A stretch of DNA of 47,318 nucleotides from an uncultured Clostridia bacterium (GCA_944391825.1 CALXUZ010000002.1:1-47318); one strand, 5' to 3'; positions 36,045 through 45,677 are shown, numbered from the stretch's first letter. The notes: a model not told the origin generated them from the letters alone. Translations and numbers: made by a program.

Positions 36045-36992
36045 ATGACTTTAGATAATATTTTAGAAGAAATAAACAAAGCGGAAAACATAGTAATATT
36101 AACTCATGAAAATCCAGATGGAGATGCAATCGGAAGCGGGCTAGCAATGTACCATGCATTAAAAGCATATGGAAAAAAACCAGATATTATTGTTCCAGAA
36201 CACTCAAGAACTTTTAATTGTTTGCCTGGAATTGAAGAAGTAAAAACAGAAAGCAATATTGAACATTATGATTTAGCAATATCGCTAGATTGTGCGACAA
36301 TTAAAATGCTAAATGGTTTTGCTGATTATTTTGAAAATGCAAGAGTAAAAGTTTGTATAGACCACCATAGTACAAATACTATGTTTGGAGACTATAACTA
36401 TGTAAACCCAGCAGCACCAGCATGTAGCCAAATTTTACTTGTGATTTTAGAATATTTTGGAATAGAAATAAGCAAAGAAATTGGTACATGCATTTTAGCA
36501 GGAATAATAACAGATACAGGTGGATTTAAATATCAAGGAGTTACAGCAGAAACTTTTGAGTTTGTTGCATGGCTATTAAATAAAGGGGTAAATGTATCAA
36601 AACTATATCGCCAAGTGCTAGAAGTTAAAACTAAGGCTAACTTTGAGTTGCATAGATTAGCAAGCAATAGAATTGAATTTTTAGAAAATGGAAAAGTTGC
36701 ATATACATATATTACAGCAGAAGATGAAAAAAGCGTAAATGCTGAAAGTGGCGACCATGAGGGAATAGTGGAGATAGGCAGAAGTGTAGAAGGTGTTGAG
36801 GTTTCTGTATTTGTTCGTGAGACTGAAAAGGGCTGTAAAATTTCACTTCGTTCAAATGAATATGTAAATGTAGCAGATGCGTGCATAGTTTTTGGCGGAG
36901 GTGGACACGCAAGAGCAGCAGGTTGCACAATTCAAGGAAGTGTGGAACAAGCCAAGGAGAAAATATTAAAAGAAGTTATTAGGTTATTGTAA
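36045..36992 (+). CDS. nrnA: DHH/DHHA1 phosphoesterase (NrnA-like oligoribonuclease/pAp phosphatase)
   Basis: NPDGDAIGS, CIDHH, ITDTGGF, GGGGHARAAG motifs. Confidence 0.85.
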   Translation: MTLDNILEEINKAENIVILTHENPDGDAIGSGLAMYHALKAYGKKPDIIVPEHSRTFNCLPGIEEVKTESNIEHYDLAISLDCATIKMLNGFADYFENARVKVCIDHHSTNTMFGDYNYVNPAAPACSQILLVILEYFGIEISKEIGTCILAGIITDTGGFKYQGVTAETFEFVAWLLNKGVNVSKLYRQVLEVKTKANFELHRLASNRIEFLENGKVAYTYITAEDEKSVNAESGDHEGIVEIGRSVEGVEVSVFVRETEKGCKISLRSNEYVNVADACIVFGGGGHARAAGCTIQGSVEQAKEKILKEVIRLL

Positions 36993-37867
36993 TGGATGGA
37001 ATTTTAGTTGTAAAAAAGGAAAAAAATTATACTTCACATGATATAGTAGCAATAGTAAAAAAAATAACTAAAACAAAAGTGGGGCATACTGGCACATTGG
37101 ACCCAATGGCAACAGGTGTGCTTCCTTTGCTTTTAGGGGAAGGCACAAAACTTTCAAAATATTTAATACAACATGATAAGATTTATATAGCTACTATCAA
37201 ACTTGGGCAAAAAACAGATACGCAAGATGCAGAAGGAAAAGTAATAGAAGAAAAAAATGTGAAATCTGATTTATTAAATGAGGAAAATGTTAAAACAATA
37301 TTAAATAATTTAAAAGGTAGGCAAGTTCAAACTCCACCAATATATTCTGCAATTAAAGTAAATGGAAAAAAGCTATATGAATATGCCAGAAAAAAACAAG
37401 AAGTTGAAATTCCAAAAAGAGAAATTGAAATATATGAAATGGAATTAATAGGCATAAATGAAAGCGAGAAAACAATAACATTTAAAGTGCATTGCTCAAA
37501 AGGTACATATATAAGGAGTTTATGCGAAACCATCTCGGAAAAATTAGAAACAGTTGGATACATGAAAGAATTAGACCGCATAAAAGTAGGAAGTTTTTTT
37601 GAAAATGAAGCCGTTACATTAGAAGCAATAAAAGAAAATGCTGAAAACAAAGAATTTTGGGCTAAGAACATAATTACGATTGAAGAATTTTTTGAAAATA
37701 AGCCTAAAATAATATTGCCAGAATATAAACTAAAATTATTCTTAAATGGAGTAAACTTAAGCATAAAAGCACAAGATGGAATATACAGAGTTTACAGCGG
37801 ACAAAATATATTTATAGGCACAGGCGTAATAAAAGGTAGTTTACTTAAAAGAGAAATTGTAATATAA
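36992..37867 (+). CDS. truB: tRNA pseudouridine(55) synthase
   Basis: GHTGTLDPMATGVLPLL catalytic motif. Confidence 0.95.
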   Translation: MDGILVVKKEKNYTSHDIVAIVKKITKTKVGHTGTLDPMATGVLPLLLGEGTKLSKYLIQHDKIYIATIKLGQKTDTQDAEGKVIEEKNVKSDLLNEENVKTILNNLKGRQVQTPPIYSAIKVNGKKLYEYARKKQEVEIPKREIEIYEMELIGINESEKTITFKVHCSKGTYIRSLCETISEKLETVGYMKELDRIKVGSFFENEAVTLEAIKENAENKEFWAKNIITIEEFFENKPKIILPEYKLKLFLNGVNLSIKAQDGIYRVYSGQNIFIGTGVIKGSLLKREIVI

Positions 37868-37901
37868 AAGACGTTGAAATTTAAAATTTCAACGTCTTTT
37901 T
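37866..37901. terminator. terminator after truB
   Basis: AAAAGACGTTGAAATTTAAAATTTCAACGTCTTTTT. Confidence 0.8.
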
Positions 37902-37986
37902 ATGAGGTTTTGTTTATCACTTTCTACTACTCAAACAAGAAAGTGTCACACCTCTCACCACTCATCTGTCACATCTCACTTCTCAA

Positions 37987-38520
37987 TTAATAATTCTCGC
38001 AATTTACTTCAAAATATGCTCTTGGGTGTTTGCAAACTGGGCATATTTCAGGAGCCTCTGTTCCAACATGAATATGTCCACAATTTCTACATTTCCAAAC
38101 AGTAATACTTCCTTTTTTGAAAACTTCTCCATTACCTAAATTATCAATTAATTTTCTATATCTTTCTTCATGGTGTTTTTCAACTTCAGCAATTCCTCTA
38201 AAAGTTTCAGCAATATCAGTAAATCCTTCCTCATCAGCTACTTTAGCAAAATCTGCATACATAGTTGTCCACTCATAATTTTCACCAGCTGCAGCATCAT
38301 TCAAGTTAGACATAGTATCTCCAATACCTTTTAAATATTTAAAGTGTAATTTTGCATGTTCTTTTTCATTTTCAGCTGTTTCTAAAAATATAGCAGCAAT
38401 TTGTTCATAACCTTCCTTTTTTGCAACACTTGCAAAATAAGTATATTTATTTCTAGCTTCTGATTCTCCAGAAAAAGCTGCTCTTAAATTTGCCTCTGTT
38501 TTTGATCCTTTTAATTCCAT
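37987..38520 (-). CDS. rbr: rubrerythrin
   Basis: Di-iron ExxH four-helix domain ([17 protein letters not shown]) plus a C-terminal rubredoxin CRNCG...CPVC. Confidence 0.95.
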   Translation of the reverse strand: MELKGSKTEANLRAAFSGESEARNKYTYFASVAKKEGYEQIAAIFLETAENEKEHAKLHFKYLKGIGDTMSNLNDAAAGENYEWTTMYADFAKVADEEGFTDIAETFRGIAEVEKHHEERYRKLIDNLGNGEVFKKGSITVWKCRNCGHIHVGTEAPEICPVCKHPRAYFEVNCENY

Positions 38521-38609
38521 AAAAATTCCTCCTTAAAAATAATTTACGCTATTATAATATAGCATAAACTAGAAAAAGTCAATGATAAAATTATATAAAA
38601 GTTTGGGAA

Positions 38610-38626
38610 AATTATTAAAAATAATT
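38610..38626. promoter_or_regulatory. 7-3-7 AT palindrome AATTATT-AAA-AATAATT (candidate Fur/PerR-family operator)
   Basis: Perfect inverted repeat in the rbr/dut divergent promoter region. Confidence 0.3.
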
Positions 38627-38704
38627 GGAATTTAAACCTTGATATTTTAAAATTAATGTAATAGAATAAAGCCATAAATACCAAGATAGAAAGGAAAGAT
38701 AAAA

Positions 38705-39166
38705 ATGGAAAGAATAAGAGGATTTGAAGTAGCAAAAGGATTTGAAGAAAGCAATATTAATATGCCAGTACGAAAGACAAAATATTCTGCTGGGTATGAT
38801 ATAGAAGCTGCAGAAGATACTGTAGTTCCAGCATTTAAACTAGGTCAAGCACCAACACTTATAAAAACAGGAATTAAAGCATATATGCCAAAAGATGAAT
38901 ATTTAATGCTTTGCAACAGAAGCTCTAACCCAAAGAAAAAAGGACTAGTATTGGCCAATAGTGTGGGAATTATAGATGGAGACTATTATGGAAATCCAGA
39001 TAATGATGGACACATTATGTTTGCATTTTACAATATAAAAGCAGAAGATATTGAAATAAAAAAAGGTGAGTGTATAGGACAAGCAATTTTTCAAAAATTT
39101 GCTATTACAGATGATGACAATGCAGAAGGCGAAAGACTAGGCGGTTTCGGCTCAACAAGTAAATAG
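38705..39166 (+). CDS. dut: dUTP diphosphatase
   Basis: SAGYDI, GIIDGDYYG, GGFGSTSK motifs. Confidence 0.9.
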   Translation: MERIRGFEVAKGFEESNINMPVRKTKYSAGYDIEAAEDTVVPAFKLGQAPTLIKTGIKAYMPKDEYLMLCNRSSNPKKKGLVLANSVGIIDGDYYGNPDNDGHIMFAFYNIKAEDIEIKKGECIGQAIFQKFAITDDDNAEGERLGGFGSTSK

Positions 39167-39182
39167 GGGACGGTCCCTTTTT
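39164..39182 (+). terminator. REP-core hairpin plus T-run acting as the dut terminator; it overlaps the stop codon
   Basis: TAG-GGGAC-G-GTCCC-TTTTT. Confidence 0.5.
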
Positions 39183-39215
39183 GCCCATTTATGGATAATT
39201 TGGGACAGGTGAGTA

Positions 39216-39257
39216 AAAAACTCCCAACAAGTATTACATTTGTTGAGAGTTTTTTTG
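39216..39257 (+). terminator. second rho-independent terminator
   Basis: ACTCCCAACAA / TTGTTGAGAGT stem followed by TTTTTT. Confidence 0.65.
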
Positions 39258-39260
39258 TCT

Positions 39261-39301
39261 GTCCCTAAGTAGGACAAAAGTGGTAGATTGGGGACTGTCC
39301 C
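39261..39301 (+). repeat. REP-A copy 5
   Basis: GTCCCTAAGTAGGACAAAAGTGGTAGATTGGGGACTGTCCC. Confidence 0.85.
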
Positions 39302-39340
39302 TAACGAAGACACATATTCAAAAAAATTTTCAAAAAACTA

Positions 39341-39368
39341 TTGACAAAATTTAAAAAGGGAGTATAAT
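39341..39368 (+). promoter_or_regulatory. sigma-A promoter of the ctsR operon
   Basis: AAAACTA-TTGACA, 16-nt spacer, TATAAT. Confidence 0.65.
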
Positions 39369-39377
39369 ATTCTTGTA

Positions 39378-39400
39378 GGTCAAAGAAAGTCAAAGTCAAA
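39378..39400 (+). promoter_or_regulatory. CtsR operator (direct heptad repeats)
   Basis: GGTCAAAGAAAGTCAAAGTCAAA matches the (A/G)GTCAAAnAn(A/G)GTCAAA consensus, just downstream of the -10. Confidence 0.8.
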
Positions 39401-39439
39401 ACAATAAATTAAATATAATACAAAAGGAAGTGATTAAAG

Positions 39440-39887
39440 TTGAGAATATCCGATATGATAGAAGAATTTATTAAAGAAATGTTTTCAGATGATGATGCAT
39501 CTATTGAAATTCAAAGAAATGACTTAGCACAATATTTTAATTGTGTGCCATCACAAATAAACTATGTAATTTCAACAAGATTTAATCCATCACAAGGATA
39601 CTATGTAGAAAGCAAAAGAGGTGGTGGAGGACATATAAAAATTACAAAAGTAAATGTAACAAAAAGCAATTACTTGATGCACGCAATTAGTAGCATTGGA
39701 GACAAGATTACAGCACAAGAAGTTGATATTTTTATTAGTAATTTCCTATCAGAAGGAATTATTTCTCGGAACAGAAGCAAAACTATTAAAAGTAGCAACA
39801 AGTGATAATGTACTGACAGTACCGCAAAATATTAAAGATAACTTGCGAGCAAATATTTTTAAAAATATGTTAATTAATTTAGTATAA
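39440..39887 (+). CDS. ctsR: class III stress-gene repressor CtsR (TTG start). The frame is interrupted and needs a +1 shift at in-frame CGG 39767-39769
   Basis: ORF 39440-39805 (ISDMIEEFIK, VPSQINYVISTRF, SKRGGGGHIKI) continues in ORF 39696-39887 (TEAKLLKVATSDNVL...LRANIFKNML). Confidence 0.85.
39767..39769 (+). other. candidate +1 recoding site: TCT CGG A read as TCT [C] GGA
   Basis: The only in-frame CGG of ctsR, at the frame junction. Confidence 0.4.
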
Positions 39888-39933
39888 ACCAAAGATGATA
39901 CGAAACATAAAATAATTAAGGAGGTTGATTTTT

Positions 39934-40515
39934 ATGTTATGTCAAAATTGTGGAAAAAATGAAGTGACTTTTAGATACACACAAATAATAAATGGTGTAA
40001 AAAAGGAGATGGCACTTTGCGATAAATGTGCCAAAAGTTTAGGACTAGAAAGTTTGGATTTTAATATGCCAATTAATTTTTCAAACTTTTTAGGAGATTT
40101 TTTAAATGGAGCAGTAGATACGGACTTTTTACCAAGCTTTACAAAAACTGGTGTATTGCAATGTGATAATTGTGGTATGACATATAATGAATTTGTAGAT
40201 GCTGGAAAACTTGGCTGTAGTGAGTGCTATGACATATTCTCAAACTTTTTAGATCCAGTTCTTAAAAGTATACACGCATCTGATACACATGTAGGGAGAA
40301 GAAGCAGACTTAGCCTAGCAGATAAAAAAAGAGTTGCAGAAGATATTAAAAAAATTAAAAAAATGAATTCTGAAAATGCAAAAAACGCTAAAAGAGAGGC
40401 TAATAGCAAAGAAGAAAAAATAAAAAAATTAAATGCAGAGTTGAAAACAGCTATTAAAGAAGAAAGATACGAAGACGCAGCTAAAATAAGAGACGAAATC
40501 AAAAAAATGTCTTAG
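39934..40515 (+). CDS. mcsA: McsA (zinc-finger / UVR-motif activator of McsB)
   Basis: CQNCGKNE...CDKCA and CDNCG...CSECY zinc fingers; C-terminal UVR-like EERYEDAAKIRDEI. Confidence 0.85.
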   Translation: MLCQNCGKNEVTFRYTQIINGVKKEMALCDKCAKSLGLESLDFNMPINFSNFLGDFLNGAVDTDFLPSFTKTGVLQCDNCGMTYNEFVDAGKLGCSECYDIFSNFLDPVLKSIHASDTHVGRRSRLSLADKKRVAEDIKKIKKMNSENAKNAKREANSKEEKIKKLNAELKTAIKEERYEDAAKIRDEIKKMS

Positions 40516-40518
40516 TTT

Positions 40519-40561
40519 GGGACAGTCCCCAGTCACCCTATTTAGGGTGACTCAGGGACGC
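40519..40561 (+). repeat. hybrid REP: REP-A core (GGGACAGTCCCC) fused to the REP-B central hairpin
   Basis: GGGACAGTCCCCAGTCACCCTATTTAGGGTGACTCAGGGACGC. Confidence 0.8.
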
Positions 40562-40671
40562 ATCTACATTTAAAAACAAATTATTATTGCTAGGAAAAGC
40601 AAAAAATAGTGCCAAAGTTATCTTAATTGTGGACAGACTTTAACAAGGGCAAAAAAGAAGGAGGAGAGAAT

Positions 40672-41688
40672 ATGCAAAATTGGTATTTACAAAATGGTAA
40701 AGATTCAGATGTGGTAATAAGTTCAAGAGTTAGACTAGCTAGAAATTTAATGGATATTCCATTTCCAACAAAGTTTACAAAGGAGCAAGCTAAAAAGGTT
40801 TTAGAAAGAGTAAAAGAAATTACACCAAGTATTGGTTATGGGCTAAAGTTCATAAACCTAAATGACTTGGATGATATTACAAAAGTAAGCCTAGTGGAAA
40901 AGCATGTAATTAGTCCAGAGTTTGCTATGAATAAACAAAAAATAGGTGGTATGGTTATAAATGATGAGGAAAATATTTGCATGATGATAAATGAAGAAGA
41001 CCATATTCATATTCAGGTTTTTAGCTCTGGATTGGACCTAGAAAATTTGAAAAATTTAGCTATTGAAATAGATGAAAAATTAGATAATATGGTAAATTAT
41101 GCTAGCCATGAAAAATATGGGTATTTAACTTCCTGCCCAACAAATGTTGGAACAGCGATGAAGGCATCTGTAATGGTGCATTTGCCAGCATTAACAATGA
41201 CAGGAAATATTGGAAAAATATTTAATATTGTCAATGGCTTTGGCATGAATATTCGTGGAATTTATGGAGAAGGCACACAAAGCCAAGGAGATATTTATCA
41301 AATTTCTAATAAACAATCACTTGGAATTACAGAAAATGATATTATTAAGAATTTAAATATTATTACAGAAAGAGTAATTGAACAAGAAAGGATGGCAAGA
41401 AAATATTTAGCTAAAAATTCAATAGACTTAGAAGATAGAGTTTACCGCGCATATGGAACTTTGGCATATGCAACAAAACTTTCATCTGATGAGTGTAAAA
41501 AACTGCTTTCATATGTAAAATTGGGAACGGATTTGGGAATAATTAAAGAATTAAATGATAGCAAAATATCAAAGTTATATTTATACAACCAACCTGCAAA
41601 TTTACAGAAGTATGTAGGAAAACCACTAGATGGATATGAGAGGGAAATTAAGAGACCAGAAGTGATTAAAGAGATAATGTCAGCTTAG
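40672..41688 (+). CDS. mcsB: protein arginine kinase McsB
   Basis: ATP:guanido phosphotransferase domain (SSRVRLARNL, NEEDHIHIQ, TSCPTNVGT). Confidence 0.95.
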   Translation: MQNWYLQNGKDSDVVISSRVRLARNLMDIPFPTKFTKEQAKKVLERVKEITPSIGYGLKFINLNDLDDITKVSLVEKHVISPEFAMNKQKIGGMVINDEENICMMINEEDHIHIQVFSSGLDLENLKNLAIEIDEKLDNMVNYASHEKYGYLTSCPTNVGTAMKASVMVHLPALTMTGNIGKIFNIVNGFGMNIRGIYGEGTQSQGDIYQISNKQSLGITENDIIKNLNIITERVIEQERMARKYLAKNSIDLEDRVYRAYGTLAYATKLSSDECKKLLSYVKLGTDLGIIKELNDSKISKLYLYNQPANLQKYVGKPLDGYEREIKRPEVIKEIMSA

Positions 41689-41733
41689 GGACGGGTCCCA
41701 GTCGCCCTAATTAGGGCGACTAGGGGACGCTTC
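41686..41733 (+). repeat. REP-B copy 4 (overlaps the mcsB stop TAG)
   Basis: TAGGGACGGGTCCCAGTCGCCCTAATTAGGGCGACTAGGGGACGCTTC; compensatory A-T to G-C change. Confidence 0.85.
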
Positions 41734-41775
41734 ATAATAGTTATAAATAATATAATAAATTAAAGATTTGGAGGA

Positions 41776-41821
41776 GAAGCGTCCCAACTCACCCTATTTA
41801 GGGTGAGTGGGACCCGTCCCC
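41776..41821 (-). repeat. REP-B copy 5 (inverted); forms a REPIN-like doublet with copy 4
   Basis: GAAGCGTCCCAACTCACCCTATTTAGGGTGAGTGGGACCCGTCCCC; compensatory G-C to C-G change. Confidence 0.85.
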
Positions 41822-41845
41822 AATCAGGAAAGGAAGTGTATTATT

Positions 41846-44296
41846 ATGATGTATAAATTTACAAATAGAGCTGAAAAAGCCTTGGAATTTGCGGCAGAGC
41901 TTGCTGCAGAATTTGGACATAATTATATTGGAACAGAACATATTTTATATGGCTTGGCAAAAGAAGGTACAGGTGTTGCAAGCAAAGTATTAGAAATGCA
42001 AAACATTACCCCTGACGAGATTGCACAGGAAATTGACAATTTAATAGGCAGAGGAGAAGAGATTGAGGATATTTCTGATATTGGTTTTACACCTAGAAGC
42101 AAAAGAGTAATTGAAAGTGCTTTTATAGAGTCTAGAAAATTAGGCTCTGAATTTATCGGAACAGAACATTTACTAATTGGTATTATGCGTGAAGGTGATA
42201 GTGTTGCTGTTCGTATTATGATGGATTTAAATGTAAGCCCACAAAAATTATACAATGAAATTATTAAGGTTATTAACGAAGATGATAATGCTAGTATGCC
42301 TGATAGACAGGGAAATAACAAAGCGCGTGGCAGTTTTAACCAAACTCCAACACTAAATCAATTTGGTACAGACTTAACTAAAAGAGCAGAGGAAGGAAAA
42401 CTAGATCCAATTATAGGAAGAAAAAACGAGATAGAAAGAGTTATACAAATTCTATCAAGAAGAACTAAAAATAACCCATGTTTAATTGGTGAGCCCGGTG
42501 TTGGTAAGACTGCGGTAGCAGAAGGGTTAGCCGAAAAAATAGTTTCAGCTAATGTGCCAGAGATGTTAAAAAATAAAAGAGTTGTAAGCCTAGATATTGC
42601 AAGCATGGTGGCTGGCGCAAAATACCGTGGAGATTTTGAGGAAAGAATAAAAAAATGCCTAGAAGAAGTTAAAAAAGCAGGAGATGTTATATTATTTATA
42701 GATGAAGTTCATACTATTGTTGGTGCTGGCTCTGCAGAAGGTGCAGTTGATGCTGCAAATATTTTAAAACCACTATTAGCAAGGGGAGAAGTACAAGTTA
42801 TAGGTGCTACAACCTTGAATGAATACCGTAAATATATTGAAAAAGATAGTGCATTAGAAAGAAGATTTTGCCCAGTAACAGTTGGAGAGCCAACAGAGGA
42901 AGAAACAATACAAATATTAAAAGGTATTCGTGATAAATATGAGGCACATCATAATGTAAAAATTACAGATGAGGCAATAAGAGCAGCAGTGGAATTATCT
43001 ACAAGATATATTAATGATAGATTTTTACCAGATAAGGCAATAGATTTAGTTGATGAGGCAGCATCCCGTGTAAAAATGAGAACTTATACACAGCCAGATG
43101 TTCTAAAAAAATTAGAGGATAAAATTGCGGAAATAGGAAAAGAAAAAGAAGAAGCAATTCGTAGCCAAGACTTTGAAAAGGCTGCAAGTCTTCGTGATAA
43201 AGAAAGAGAGCAAAAAGAAAAACTAGAAAAAGAGACTGAAAAATGGAAAAACAAAAACAATAAAAATGTAACAGCATTAACAGAAGAGGACATTGCAGAA
43301 GTTGTGGCAAGTTGGACAGGTGTTCCTGTACAAAGATTAACACAAAGTGAAAATGAAAAACTTAAAAATCTAGAGCAAACATTGCATAAAAGGGTAATAG
43401 GACAAAATGAAGCAGTAGATGCTGTGGCAAAAGCAATTAGAAGGGGCAGAGTAGGGCTAAAAGACCCTAACCACCCAATAGGTTCATTTCTATTTTTGGG
43501 TCCAACTGGTGTTGGTAAAACAGAACTTTCAAAGGCATTGGCAGAAGCATTATTTGGAAACGAAGAAGCTATGATACGTATTGATATGTCTGAATATATG
43601 GAGCCACACTCAGTTGCAAAATTAATTGGTTCACCTCCAGGATATGTTGGGTTTGATGAAGGTGGACAGTTAACAGAAAAAGTTAGAAGAAAACCATATT
43701 CTGTTATATTATTTGATGAAGTAGAAAAAGCCCACCCAGATGTTATGAATATGTTACTTCAAATTTTAGACGATGGACGATTAACTGATAGCCAAGGAAG
43801 AACTGTAAACTTTAAAAATACTGTTATAATAATGACATCCAATATTGGTGCAAGGCTAATTACAGATAAAAACACTTTGGGATTTTCTGCATCAAGTGAC
43901 AAAAAAGAAGAAACACAAAAAGAATATGAAAACATTAAAAAAGATGTTATGGGAGAGCTAAAAAAACAATTTAGACCAGAATTTATAAACCGTATTGATG
44001 AAATTATTGTATTCCACAAATTAAATGATGAAGATGTAAAACAAATAATTGACATTATGTTAAAACAAGTTGAAAAACGTATGAAAGAGCAAGATATTGA
44101 AATAGAACTTGATGATAGTGTAAAAGACTTAATTGCTAAAAAAGGTGTGGATACAAATTATGGGGCAAGACCACTTAAAAGGACTATTCAAAACATATTA
44201 GAAGATAGAATTGCAGAAGCAATTTTAGATGGAGAAATAAAGCCACATAAATTGGCTAAAATAAGTGCAAAAGATGAAAAGCTGATTATAGAGTAG
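41846..44296 (+). CDS. clpC: ATP-dependent Clp protease ATP-binding subunit ClpC
   Basis: Clp_N repeats, two AAA+ modules ([16 protein letters not shown]), UVR motif; the true start is ATG 41846 ([13 protein letters not shown]), not 41807. Confidence 0.95.
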   Translation: MMYKFTNRAEKALEFAAELAAEFGHNYIGTEHILYGLAKEGTGVASKVLEMQNITPDEIAQEIDNLIGRGEEIEDISDIGFTPRSKRVIESAFIESRKLGSEFIGTEHLLIGIMREGDSVAVRIMMDLNVSPQKLYNEIIKVINEDDNASMPDRQGNNKARGSFNQTPTLNQFGTDLTKRAEEGKLDPIIGRKNEIERVIQILSRRTKNNPCLIGEPGVGKTAVAEGLAEKIVSANVPEMLKNKRVVSLDIASMVAGAKYRGDFEERIKKCLEEVKKAGDVILFIDEVHTIVGAGSAEGAVDAANILKPLLARGEVQVIGATTLNEYRKYIEKDSALERRFCPVTVGEPTEEETIQILKGIRDKYEAHHNVKITDEAIRAAVELSTRYINDRFLPDKAIDLVDEAASRVKMRTYTQPDVLKKLEDKIAEIGKEKEEAIRSQDFEKAASLRDKEREQKEKLEKETEKWKNKNNKNVTALTEEDIAEVVASWTGVPVQRLTQSENEKLKNLEQTLHKRVIGQNEAVDAVAKAIRRGRVGLKDPNHPIGSFLFLGPTGVGKTELSKALAEALFGNEEAMIRIDMSEYMEPHSVAKLIGSPPGYVGFDEGGQLTEKVRRKPYSVILFDEVEKAHPDVMNMLLQILDDGRLTDSQGRTVNFKNTVIIMTSNIGARLITDKNTLGFSASSDKKEETQKEYENIKKDVMGELKKQFRPEFINRIDEIIVFHKLNDEDVKQIIDIMLKQVEKRMKEQDIEIELDDSVKDLIAKKGVDTNYGARPLKRTIQNILEDRIAEAILDGEIKPHKLAKISAKDEKLIIE

Positions 44297-44300
44297 ATTT

Positions 44301-44327
44301 AAAAAGCTAGCGTAACGCTAGCTTTTT
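44301..44327. terminator. bidirectional terminator
   Basis: AAAAAGCTAGCGTAACGCTAGCTTTTT. Confidence 0.8.
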
Positions 44328-45183
44328 AAAATGGGTTTACATGTACTACAGCTTTGTATATTTTATCCAATGCTTCTACATTTTGCTCTAATTGGTCAGC
44401 TAATTTATGGCTTTCAAATGTAGACATATTGCCATCCACATAAATTGTTAAAACAACAACATATTGGTAACCAACAGGAGTAGATGAAATTTCATCTACT
44501 TTTTGTATTTCCTTATAATTATGTGCTAAATCAAGTATTATATCTGAAGTGTTTTGGTCAAGTGAAATATCCATTAAAACATTGTAGCTTTCAACAAAAA
44601 TTTTAACACCAGTTATGCAAATCCATATAGAAATTCCAATACCAACTACACCATCAAACCAATAAATATTTGCTAAAGTAAGTAAAATTGAAACAAGTGT
44701 AAAACTAGTTACAATGCAGTCATTACGGTGGTCTTTGGTATTTGCTTCTAATAATATATTTTCAAATTTCTTAGCAAGACTCTTAGTATATATGTATAAA
44801 GTGAGTTTTACTATTATAGTAATAATACAAACAAATATTAAAAACCATGAAAAGGTTAACTCACTACCATAAATTAAAGTATAAATGGAATCATATAATA
44901 GTTTAAAAGCAATTACTACCATGGAAATTCCTATAAATAACGAAAAAATATATTCAGCTTTTCCATGACCAAAATTATGTGTTCTATCTTGCGGCTCACT
45001 AGCAATTTTGTTACCAATAAAAGTCATTAAAGAAGCAAAAATATCACCAGCACTATTTGCTGCGTCTGCAATCATAGCTTGGCTTCTAAAAATAAAACCT
45101 ACGGTTCCTTTAATAATTAATAAAAATAGATTTCCTAAAATTCCAAATAATCCAGCCTTTTTAGTTTGTTCAAAACGGTCCAT
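44326..45183 (-). CDS. cation diffusion facilitator family transporter
   Basis: Six TM helices, ADAANSAGD and HGKAEY motifs, C-terminal cytoplasmic domain. Confidence 0.85.
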   Translation of the reverse strand: MDRFEQTKKAGLFGILGNLFLLIIKGTVGFIFRSQAMIADAANSAGDIFASLMTFIGNKIASEPQDRTHNFGHGKAEYIFSLFIGISMVVIAFKLLYDSIYTLIYGSELTFSWFLIFVCIITIIVKLTLYIYTKSLAKKFENILLEANTKDHRNDCIVTSFTLVSILLTLANIYWFDGVVGIGISIWICITGVKIFVESYNVLMDISLDQNTSDIILDLAHNYKEIQKVDEISSTPVGYQYVVVLTIYVDGNMSTFESHKLADQLEQNVEALDKIYKAVVHVNPF

Positions 45184-45270
45184 CTTGTAAAAACATCTCC
45201 TTGTTTATTTTATGCAATACAAAATATTATATCATGTATTTTAAAATAAACAAGTGAAAAAAATTAAAAG

Positions 45271-45299
45271 TTGCACAAAAATTACAACCATGTTATAAT
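45271..45299 (+). promoter_or_regulatory. sigma-A promoter
   Basis: TTGCAC, 17-nt spacer, TATAAT. Confidence 0.55.
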
Positions 45300-45329
45300 T
45301 ATAACTAGTTCATACAAAGGAGCAAATAT

Positions 45330-45677
45330 ATGGAGTTTATGGGTATTATATATATACTTATTTTTATAATTTTTGCATTAGTTATATCAGCAATTTTTCA
45401 AATAAGAGCAGCAGGTATAAAAATTAAAGATTTTTGGGGTTTTATTCAGGCAAATGAAATGCTTGATAAATTATATAAATTTTCTAAAAGGGCAAAAACA
45501 ATGAGCCCACAGGAACAAATTATATTTTTAGCAGAAGCGGAAAAAGTATTTGATGCATATGATAAAATTCCTACAATTGTATGGGAAAATGAGTATCGAA
45601 AATATTCGGAAGTTTTGGAAACATATAAAAATATTCGTGTTTCAAGATGGAGCGAGGAAAATTCAAAAAATGTGTAA
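45330..45677 (+). CDS. hypothetical small membrane-anchored protein
   Basis: SD AAAGGAG, one N-terminal TM helix, terminator downstream. Confidence 0.5.
   Translation: MEFMGIIYILIFIIFALVISAIFQIRAAGIKIKDFWGFIQANEMLDKLYKFSKRAKTMSPQEQIIFLAEAEKVFDAYDKIPTIVWENEYRKYSEVLETYKNIRVSRWSEENSKNV

Noticed and set aside
37902-38105. 67-aa plus-strand ORF overlapping the rubrerythrin 3' end
   Set aside because: It is antisense to rbr, Ser/His/Thr-rich, starts immediately after the truB terminator and has no SD.
39696-39887. 63-aa ORF downstream of ctsR
   Set aside because: It is the C-terminal domain of CtsR in the +1 frame, not a separate gene.
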